Positions 24,101-30,956 of a DNA stretch of 64,000 nucleotides are shown piece after piece (within the stretch, counting starts at the first letter, position 1; each line of letters starts with the position of its first letter). This stretch comes from Candidatus Altimarinota bacterium (lineage in GTDB: Bacteria > Patescibacteriota > Gracilibacteria > UBA4473): the NCBI GenBank assembly GCA_965231215.1, contig OZ246423.1, positions 896,001 through 960,000 of the forward strand, read 5' to 3'. Under the pieces are notes generated by a model. That model was not told where the DNA came from, did not search any database, and was given only the letters and a program-made list of their open reading frames with translations. The translations under genes were made by a program, and so were the position numbers.

Positions 24101-26840
24101 ACTGTCCACCATTAACAACAGCGCCATTCTTATGAATTTCCGTGTGGAACTCAGCATTATTATGATTGTAATATTGCCAACAGACATTGTAGATCCCCTT
24201 CGTCGGCACCGTATAAATCCCCGTCGTAGCATCAAAACCACTATCCGTGTCCAAATCCACCGTGTCATAAACCATGGCCCCCGCACCACTTTGCACCGCC
24301 GTCTGACGCGCTGAAAACGCCACCGGAGAAGCAGAATCTGATCCACCGCTAGACCCCGACCCGCCGCCGGAACCAAGGAGATACGCTTTCATCGTCGCGG
24401 CAACAGACGGCGTAGCATCGTTGCTATGTGCAATAACACTAAGATAATCGGTCGTACCGTTCATCTCCACAACTTGTGTAATACTGTGATAAGCATCACT
24501 ACCATTAAGGTTTACATATCCAGAATCGTTAGCAACAGATGCACCATTTTTGCTAATAGTCGTAGAACACCACTTATTCGCATCGATACTCCGGCAAACA
24601 ACATTGGCTATCACGAGATATTTACCGGCAACATTCGGGGTAAAACGCCCTGTCGCCGTGTCATGCAAATTTCTGGAATCGGAACCCACTGAGTCAAGAA
24701 CAATCTCTGTCCATGCATTCTGCGGTATCGACTTCGCCGCCGAAGTTGCAACATGAACATAAACCTCCTCCCCCGAAGAACCACCGCTAGACCCCGAACC
24801 GCCGCCGGAGATTTTGAAGCCGGAGAAGTGGGTGTTTGCGCCTTCCAGATTGATCGAGGCGCCGTTAGTATTATACCCAGAAACCTGAACCACATCTCCT
24901 GCAGCCAGTTCTACCACGGCAGAGCAGGATGGTGCGTGGTCAAGGTTTGAATTTTTACCTCTAGCACTGCTGAGACAGAGCGTTTCGATATTGCCACCAC
25001 CCAAATCCTTATAGATGCGTATCAACAGACCATTATTATTGGAGCTGCCATTCATCAAACTCGACGTAAATAGATAGGTACCAGTACTTGGGGCGGTAAA
25101 TTTTCCGGTTGAGGCGTTGTAATTTGAACCGCCATTTTGATGTTGTATCGTTGGAAAGATTGTATTTGCCCAGGTCTGTGAGGCAATTGATGTAGTCGAA
25201 CCTGTCGCCCTGAATGAAATTTCTTCACCCGAACCGCCCGAGCTGCCGCCGCAGTTTTTCTCGACTTGATTGACCGTGAAGCTTCCTCCCCAAGAGGCAC
25301 CCGTTCTGAGATTGTAGCTATTTTTGCTGCCTTTGGGGATGCGGAACTCGATCTCCGTACCGCTGGAATTCCATTGGGTAAAGTAGGCGTAATCGGCAGC
25401 GACCAATGTCGCGTAAAATTTTTGTCCGCCTGAGGGGCTATCCAATGTCGTACGATAATCGCAGGCAGTGTCAAAGTCTGCCGTGTCGCTTAGGCTGACC
25501 TCTTCCCAGCCGCCGCCACTACTCCCTCCACTCGCTAGGGATCCCCAAGTTGATCCATCACAGACTTGGACTGCCCCTCCTTGGTATCGGATTGTTCCGG
25601 CTTTCGTGTTGTCACAGGCAGCTGTATCATCTCCAATCTTGACTCCTCCAGCTATATCTAATAGCGCTGCTGGAGTAGCGGTTCCTATCCCTACTTGACC
25701 ATCTTCATCGACTCTCATTAATTCTACCCAATTGTCTCCTGGGCCCGGACTATTCTTTCCTATAATTAAGGCTCTTGTGTCTACATCATTGTTATTCCAG
25801 TCCATTCCGATGTAAATGTCATCTTCTCCACTTAATTCTAGGTTTCCGTAACTATCATAAACATCGCTGCCTCGTACCAATAAATCTCCATCCAAAAAGA
25901 CGTCTCCGTCTTCATCTATGGCGAATCTATTATCGTCTCCACTAATGCCTACCTGAACCAGTACTTGGTTGGCCGCAGGAGTATCCTGGTAGACATAAAA
26001 GTTTGCTCCAGGACTAGTAAGGCCTATCCCGACCTTTCCACTACTATAATGAATGTCTCCTGAGGGGCTGCCCTCTTCCCACTTTCCGCCTCCTAAAACT
26101 TCCCAACTACTTCCATCATAATAAAAATATTCATTACTTGAAGTATTGTAATATGTATCTCCTGCATCTGGGCTCTCTGGCGGAGTTGTATCAGTCACGG
26201 AGTTACTAATTTCTACCCAGCTACTTCCATTATAAAAATAGATTTGATTATCTGTTGTATTATAAAAAACATCTCCTTCACTGCCACTGCCTGGATTACT
26301 CCCCCCACGCTGAATAGCACTTGCGCCGCCTCCGCTTGCAATGCTGGAGGCTACGTCCGAGGGCACTACACAATTATTTCCCAAAGCATCACAGTATTCT
26401 ACGGCTCCCACTTTTCCTGCTATGTCTAGTTTTAGTCCTGGACTTATACTCGAGGTACCAATACCTACATTACCTAAGGGGTAATTAATATCACTAGAGG
26501 ATTTTATCCAATACTGTTCTGGAAGATTGGTCAATTGTGATCCATCTCCTATAAATCTAGTGGCTTTTACGTTTCCGTTTACCTCTAGTTTTTGGGTTGG
26601 TGAAGCTGATTCTAGGCCAATTCCAAATCGATCATCACCTAAAGCGCTGGTGCCTTGATCATTTCGTTTAAGCCCCTTCACTACATTTACTAAAGTATTT
26701 AGCTCTGTAGCGGTAAAAGCATCTCCCGTTTCTTTTGCGGGTATAGACGAGGCATCATATTCTGCGGCTTTAACTGGCTCAAATACAGTCAAAACGGTCA
26801 TAAGTACTATCACGCAAACGCTAAGAGAGATGTGGCGCAT
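21114..26840 (-). CDS. Giant secreted mosaic fibre/adhesin C (1908 aa): fibre stalk, ~12 Gly/Ser-linked modules (several C1q-like), terminal tail-collar-like domain
   Basis: Signal peptide; GNVGIG stalk; modules with TGKFTAP..G.Y.F and HFSGFK (C1q-like); C-terminus GEIQAF...CPAGW...GRFLRG...GSTQEDEFKSH.H...ETRPKNVAVLYCRK typical of phage tail-collar proteins. Confidence 0.8.
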   Translation of the reverse strand: MRHISLSVCVIVLMTVLTVFEPVKAAEYDASSIPAKETGDAFTATELNTLVNVVKGLKRNDQGTSALGDDRFGIGLESASPTQKLEVNGNVKATRFIGDGSQLTNLPEQYWIKSSSDINYPLGNVGIGTSSISPGLKLDIAGKVGAVEYCDALGNNCVVPSDVASSIASGGGASAIQRGGSNPGSGSEGDVFYNTTDNQIYFYNGSSWVEISNSVTDTTPPESPDAGDTYYNTSSNEYFYYDGSSWEVLGGGKWEEGSPSGDIHYSSGKVGIGLTSPGANFYVYQDTPAANQVLVQVGISGDDNRFAIDEDGDVFLDGDLLVRGSDVYDSYGNLELSGEDDIYIGMDWNNNDVDTRALIIGKNSPGPGDNWVELMRVDEDGQVGIGTATPAALLDIAGGVKIGDDTAACDNTKAGTIRYQGGAVQVCDGSTWGSLASGGSSGGGWEEVSLSDTADFDTACDYRTTLDSPSGGQKFYATLVAADYAYFTQWNSSGTEIEFRIPKGSKNSYNLRTGASWGGSFTVNQVEKNCGGSSGGSGEEISFRATGSTTSIASQTWANTIFPTIQHQNGGSNYNASTGKFTAPSTGTYLFTSSLMNGSSNNNGLLIRIYKDLGGGNIETLCLSSARGKNSNLDHAPSCSAVVELAAGDVVQVSGYNTNGASINLEGANTHFSGFKISGGGSGSSGGSSGEEVYVHVATSAAKSIPQNAWTEIVLDSVGSDSRNLHDTATGRFTPNVAGKYLVIANVVCRSIDANKWCSTTISKNGASVANDSGYVNLNGSDAYHSITQVVEMNGTTDYLSVIAHSNDATPSVAATMKAYLLGSGGGSGSSGGSDSASPVAFSARQTAVQSGAGAMVYDTVDLDTDSGFDATTGIYTVPTKGIYNVCWQYYNHNNAEFHTEIHKNGAVVNGGQSSQYNNPNAETNSGCVLIDAAVNDELSIYFSNRGRVNLGHPADSLFYGYMLGGGSSGGGSSSSTPESAFTVVKTAHQSASTGDVVTWDLALTNIGDDFDLTNNRYVAPSDGTYHFSYEILGQNNTDNSDYWVYKNGVNMLIASYGGVGGSVRYRRSDASFILELTAGDQIDIRAAGAETPYGSAGAYHTHFSGFKMSGGGSGSGGSGTGGALGTPDFDSGWVTLAAGTNTRNFAHGFGAEPVFAVGYLKDSSGNITQHLSSDGNQFNGGATKRGSALGYDATNIMFSYHTTLFEVASNDQQYAQTLQFKTIAWKEWGSGGSGSSSLGGGWEEVSLSDTNSFDTSCDYRAEQGSGNIMYAYKVKAAEIFFVDFASSGTNFEYTIQSSAKGTRRYRTEGTASYSTDSAVTSLQKNCGGSGSSSSGGGSAVSFQAIGDGTQTATHNTWSDLVFATEIQEEGGNNYDTSTGKFTVPSTGFYQFNASAEIEASGSDQIIRIQKNHAGKSAAADSICYARHNTTVSGNSGAFSCSGIAYLNANDVVEVIVYHNGGTARTVRESHFSGFKVGGSSGSSSSSTPTGVFKSGWPDALKCTQNGYTRMFIADHDHATNGVYYVANSDPSDSDNAQFIFHPTTKAQTAAYQTHATGSDCNGKSIDTLISEGKVIYFGGGGSSSGGGSALGLEEVASGTATVPGNSYASAVTGLANGYEYIAALEPTYSTAGCGYMYATFGTDGSSKISMTIYNNAGCGGTVDYKVYKVVPGGGSGSSSGAAISDAIAGSNLASTLKLPVAPAGVSKWPDYLMCNYSSGTWGQILVMSEHKNDSVWYAIVGNFNRYIAFDGTGNISGISGLSTRCGATDGAGVDLADICDEGRCGYFGSSGGSSGGGRISGEIQAFDLTSCPAGWSEYTAARGRFLRGIDSTGTIDPGGVRAPGSTQEDEFKSHEHIPQNSYNGSGWSFGGHYQRGYNNGVIANASNAVGGAETRPKNVAVLYCRKN
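26071..26762. repeat. ~690-bp constant region of fibre C, inverted paralogous copy at 63058-63749
   Basis: Colinear and ungapped, high identity by eye (roughly 85-90%). Confidence 0.9.
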
Positions 26841-26903
26841 TGGTCTTCTTTTTTAATTTATTTTTTTGAGAAAAGTATACCATTAATAGCTTAAAGGAAA
26901 TCT

Positions 26904-26959
26904 TTTTTCTCACACTTTTATAATACGAGTATCCATGTTGGGTTCAAAGCTAAATTTTC
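26904..26959 (-). promoter_or_regulatory. Diverged copy of the fibre-gene promoter upstream of fibre C
   Basis: tcacacttttataatac.agtat...ttcaaagctaaattttc aligns with tcacactttataatac.ggtat...tttaaagttaaattttc. Confidence 0.5.
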
Positions 26960-27005
26960 CAAAAAAATTAGAGTTCTAATTTTTTATTTCTAAAATGCTG
27001 CCAGT

Positions 27006-28127
27006 ATGGACTATAAAAAAGCTTCGGTTTTAGCGCGCCAAGAGACAGGAGGACAGATTGAAACGGGTTTAAAAGCCTCACTGGATACGCAGGATGATTT
27101 GGCGACTTTTTACAGTCCTGGGATTGCAGGACCCTGTATGGTTATTGCCGATGATGTTACCCAATCAAAGAAATTAACTATCAGAAAAAATACCGTTGCG
27201 GTTATCTCAGATGGGAGTGCTGTTTTGGGGCTTGGGAACATAGGGCCAGAAGCGGCTTTACCCGTTATGGAAGGAAAGAGTATGCTGCTCAAACACTTTG
27301 GAGGGGTAGATGGATTTCCCATTGTATTGAAGACTCAAGACACAGAAGAAATTATAGAAACGGTTAAAACAATAGCGCCCACTTTTGGGGGGATTAACCT
27401 AGAAGATATAGCAGCGCCTCGTTGTTTTGAAATTGAACAGCGCTTGATCGAAGCCCTAGATATTCCTGTATTTCATGATGATCAACATGGAACCGCTATC
27501 TGTACACTCGCGGCTCTAATCAATGCCCTGAAAGTAGTTGGAAAATCGAAGGAAAATATTCGTGTGGTTATTGCTGGGGCAGGGGCGGCTGGAATTGCGA
27601 CGGCCAAATTGCTTCGCTCTTGGGGAGTAAAAAATCTAGATTTGGTAGATTCTCAAGGGGTTATTGATTGTCGTCGAGAAGGCCTGAATGAAACAAAAAA
27701 AGAATTTTGTAGCTTTAAAACTGGGGATCTGGCTTCAATGCTGATCAAGGCGGATGTATTTATTGGCGTTTCAAAAGCGAATATTTTAACACCAGAAATG
27801 GTCCAATCAATGAACGCTGATCCTATTGTTTTTGCCCTGGCCAATCCCGATCCAGAAATGCCTCCAGATTTGGCTGAAGAAGCCGGAGTTGCGATAATGG
27901 CAACGGGGCGTTCTGATTATCCGAATCAGATTAATAATGTACTTGTTTTTCCTGGATTATTTAGAGGATTATTGGATGCCGGAATTAATAAAGTAGATGA
28001 AAAAATGAAGCTGAAAGCGGCTATCGCTTTAGCGGGCTTGGTTCCTAATCCAAATCCTGGGAAAATCATCCCACAACCATTTGAAGATGGCATTGCTCAA
28101 ACCGTTGCTCAAGCCGTTGGGACCTAA
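27006..28127 (+). CDS. NAD(P)-dependent malic enzyme
   Basis: DGSAVLGLGNIGP.A.LPVMEGK, NLEDI, FHDDQHGTA, GAGAAG, ATGRSDYPNQINN. Confidence 0.95.
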   Translation: MDYKKASVLARQETGGQIETGLKASLDTQDDLATFYSPGIAGPCMVIADDVTQSKKLTIRKNTVAVISDGSAVLGLGNIGPEAALPVMEGKSMLLKHFGGVDGFPIVLKTQDTEEIIETVKTIAPTFGGINLEDIAAPRCFEIEQRLIEALDIPVFHDDQHGTAICTLAALINALKVVGKSKENIRVVIAGAGAAGIATAKLLRSWGVKNLDLVDSQGVIDCRREGLNETKKEFCSFKTGDLASMLIKADVFIGVSKANILTPEMVQSMNADPIVFALANPDPEMPPDLAEEAGVAIMATGRSDYPNQINNVLVFPGLFRGLLDAGINKVDEKMKLKAAIALAGLVPNPNPGKIIPQPFEDGIAQTVAQAVGT

Positions 28128-28149
28128 GTGTAGAGGTTTCATATTTGTC

Positions 28150-28178
28150 TTTTTGATTCCTATACTTAGAATCAAAAA
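28150..28178. terminator. Inverted repeat, possible terminator
   Basis: tttttgattc-9 nt-gaatcaaaaa just after the malic enzyme stop. Confidence 0.35.
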
Positions 28179-28226
28179 AGTAGATGTTGGAGACCCAAAA
28201 AATTAAAAACTAAATTAGAAAATTTT

Positions 28227-29636
28227 ATGCCACACTATCAACGAAATATACGATTTATTTTCTTTCTTATACTTCCTATATTGGGATTTTTACTTGGGTG
28301 GAGTTTGAGCCAAAAAAATGCAGCCACAGAGAGTGAAACCCAAATTTCAGAAGTGGCAGAATCTATGGATGAAGCCAATAGCCGAAGCGTTTTGAAATCT
28401 AAGCCAGCGCTTTTTCGCAAGACCGATCCAAAAGATGTAAACTTGGATATTTTTTGGGAAGTATGGCATTTGATGGAAGGCAATTATTTGAACCCAGAAA
28501 ATCTAGAAACCAAAGAACAAGTTTATGGAGCCACGAAAGGACTTGTAGACTCTTTGGATGATCCGTACAGCGTATTTATGACTCCAGATGAAATGGCTGA
28601 ATTTGAAGAGTCTATGTCTGGCGAATTCCAAGGGATTGGAGCTGAAATTGATAAACGTGATAACCAAATCGTAGTCGTGAGTCCGCTCAAAGGAAGCCCG
28701 GCTGAATCTGCCGGTCTCAAAACGAGAGATATTATTTTCAAAGTGAATGATGAACCTACCTTTGGAATGTCTATTGAGGAAGTCGTCACTAAAATTCGAG
28801 GCCCAAAAGGAGAAAAAGTGGTACTCACCATTATCCGAAAAGAGGAAAGAAAACCAATAGAAATTTCGATAGTTCGGGACAACATCATTCTGCCAACATT
28901 GGAATGGAAAATGGAAGACGGAGACATAGCGCATGTTGCTATGTATCAGTTTGGAAACAATGCGGTTAAAGACTTCAAAAAAGCCGTTCCAGAAATTTTA
29001 CTGAAGTCCCCCAAAGGAATCATTATGGATTTCCGCGGCAATGGGGGAGGGCTTTTGGATGCTTGTATAAAAATTCTTTCGGAATTTATAGATAACCAGG
29101 TAGTGGTAAAAACCAAAGGCCGTAAATTTGGAGACACAGGAGATCTTGTGAGTGCTCGTGATGGGGCTTTCTTGGATGTGCCACTTGTGGTTTTAGTAAA
29201 TGAAGGGTCAGCCAGTGCTTCTGAAATTTTTGCAGGCGCTATTCAAGATCACGAGAGAGGGGTCATCCTTGGGCGAAAAACATTTGGGAAGGGGTCAGTA
29301 CAAAATGTAATACCACTCTCAAATGGATCAAGTCTAAAAGTCACAGTAGCCGAATGGCTTACGCCAGACGGGCGGTCTATTCATAAAAATGGAATTACTC
29401 CAGATGAAATAGTTGAAGATGAAGTAGATCCAGAAACTGAATTTGATCCAATGCTTGAGAGAGCGCTTCAGCTCATAGGCACCGAAGAAGCGCTAGAGCT
29501 TATAGCTCAAGAGTCTGAAGCCATAGAAGAAGATACAGGTGAAGTAGCGGAAAAAGTTGAAAATTCGGAGAACAATGATAATACTGAAGATCCAGAACAA
29601 ACCACCGACAAAACTTCAGATGAAGACACTCAATAA
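28227..29636 (+). CDS. C-terminal processing peptidase S41 (PDZ) CtpA-like
   Basis: LDDPYS, GIGAEI, D.RGNGGG, SASASEI, TFGKGSVQ. Confidence 0.93.
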   Translation: MPHYQRNIRFIFFLILPILGFLLGWSLSQKNAATESETQISEVAESMDEANSRSVLKSKPALFRKTDPKDVNLDIFWEVWHLMEGNYLNPENLETKEQVYGATKGLVDSLDDPYSVFMTPDEMAEFEESMSGEFQGIGAEIDKRDNQIVVVSPLKGSPAESAGLKTRDIIFKVNDEPTFGMSIEEVVTKIRGPKGEKVVLTIIRKEERKPIEISIVRDNIILPTLEWKMEDGDIAHVAMYQFGNNAVKDFKKAVPEILLKSPKGIIMDFRGNGGGLLDACIKILSEFIDNQVVVKTKGRKFGDTGDLVSARDGAFLDVPLVVLVNEGSASASEIFAGAIQDHERGVILGRKTFGKGSVQNVIPLSNGSSLKVTVAEWLTPDGRSIHKNGITPDEIVEDEVDPETEFDPMLERALQLIGTEEALELIAQESEAIEEDTGEVAEKVENSENNDNTEDPEQTTDKTSDEDTQ

Positions 29637-30906
29637 ATTTACATTCTTGATTCTAACCTGCCTATTTACGCTTAGTGCCGGAGCTCAAGAGGTTTCAAAA
29701 TCTGTACCAGGTAATATTCGTTTACTGTTTGGTGATCGAGTTTTAACCCTCAATTTTAAAGCTCATCCAGAATTATTGGTGCAGAGCCCCAAACATTTTT
29801 TTAGGTTTAATGATCAACGGATTCCTCTAGATTTAGACCAAAATTTACCATTTGCCTCAAGCATTCCGCTGGAGACAGAGTTTGTAACCGAGATTGCGCC
29901 TAAATCGTTGGAAAAGTACTTTCAAACCACTTCTATTTTAGGGAACAAAAATCAGAAAAATATGATTGAAATTACTCAAAATAAAAACGGGTATATCAAT
30001 ATTTCTGGACGTCCAACTTCTGGGAATTTTTCTGTAGACATGGATCGGCTAGTAGAACTCATTAATACCGCTATTTTAGAGCAAAATAAATTTGTGAGAG
30101 TCCCCGCTAAAAAGGTGTATGCAGAGGTAGTTGCGGATCAAGATTTAGCCAAAAAAGGAATCCGAGAAATTGTCGCTATTGGGAAATCCAATTTTGAAGG
30201 TTCTTCAGATGCTCGTATTCAAAATATTTTAGCTGGCGCGAGAAAATTTGATGGAACCTTGATTAAGCGCGGAGGTACTTTTTCATTCAACCATATTTTG
30301 AAATCAGTCGAAGAAAAAGATGGGTTTGTCAAAGAATTGGTCATTAAAGGAAACGATACAGAAAAAGAACTAGGAGGAGGGGTATGTCAGGTATCTACAA
30401 CGGTTTTTCGAGCCGCATTTTCAGCCGGTTTGCCCATCGTAGAGAGGCGAAACCATTCTTATGCAGTGCCCTATTACAAGCCTCATGGTCTAGATGCGAC
30501 GATCTATTTAGGTGGGCAAGACTTCCGATTTAAAAACGACACTCCTGGAGATTTATTAGTACAGTCATTCGCGCAAGGCAATGATCTTTATTTTGTGTTT
30601 TATGGAACCCGGGATGACAGAAGTGTGGCCTTTGAGGGGCCATTTATTTCTGAATATAGAAAGGCTCCAGAGCCAGACATTATTGAAACAGTTGAACTGC
30701 CAGAAGGAGAACTAGTAGAGGCTAGTAGCGCTCATGATGGATTCAGAGCTGAATGGGTAAGACGTATCAGAAAAGATGGAGAAAAGACAGAAGAATCCTG
30801 GGCTTCAACGTATCGTCCTTGGGCAGCCAAAATTTTGAGAGGAACCGGGCCAGAAGCAGTCGCTGAAGACCATTTATCATTGCCGCAGGAAATTGCCTCT
30901 GAGTAA
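29620..30906 (+). CDS. VanW family protein
   Basis: FSFN, GGGVCQVSTTVFRA, ER.NHSY.V.YY, G.DATIY; start moved to Met 29620. Confidence 0.88.
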   Translation: MKTLNKFTFLILTCLFTLSAGAQEVSKSVPGNIRLLFGDRVLTLNFKAHPELLVQSPKHFFRFNDQRIPLDLDQNLPFASSIPLETEFVTEIAPKSLEKYFQTTSILGNKNQKNMIEITQNKNGYINISGRPTSGNFSVDMDRLVELINTAILEQNKFVRVPAKKVYAEVVADQDLAKKGIREIVAIGKSNFEGSSDARIQNILAGARKFDGTLIKRGGTFSFNHILKSVEEKDGFVKELVIKGNDTEKELGGGVCQVSTTVFRAAFSAGLPIVERRNHSYAVPYYKPHGLDATIYLGGQDFRFKNDTPGDLLVQSFAQGNDLYFVFYGTRDDRSVAFEGPFISEYRKAPEPDIIETVELPEGELVEASSAHDGFRAEWVRRIRKDGEKTEESWASTYRPWAAKILRGTGPEAVAEDHLSLPQEIASE

Positions 30907-30956
30907 AGGCTATCAGGCTTTACATTTCTTCTGGTTTACCGGAAAATACCAGTAAT

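Noticed and set aside
21114-25530. CRISPR array or integron attC array
   Set aside because: Repeats are degenerate in-frame coding linkers spaced 250-450 bp apart; no cas or intI gene and no attC-like GTTRRRY palindromes were recognised.
14717-26840. Prophage tail region
   Set aside because: Fibre genes carry signal peptides and their own promoters, and no capsid, portal, terminase, baseplate, lysis or integrase genes are present; flanks are housekeeping.
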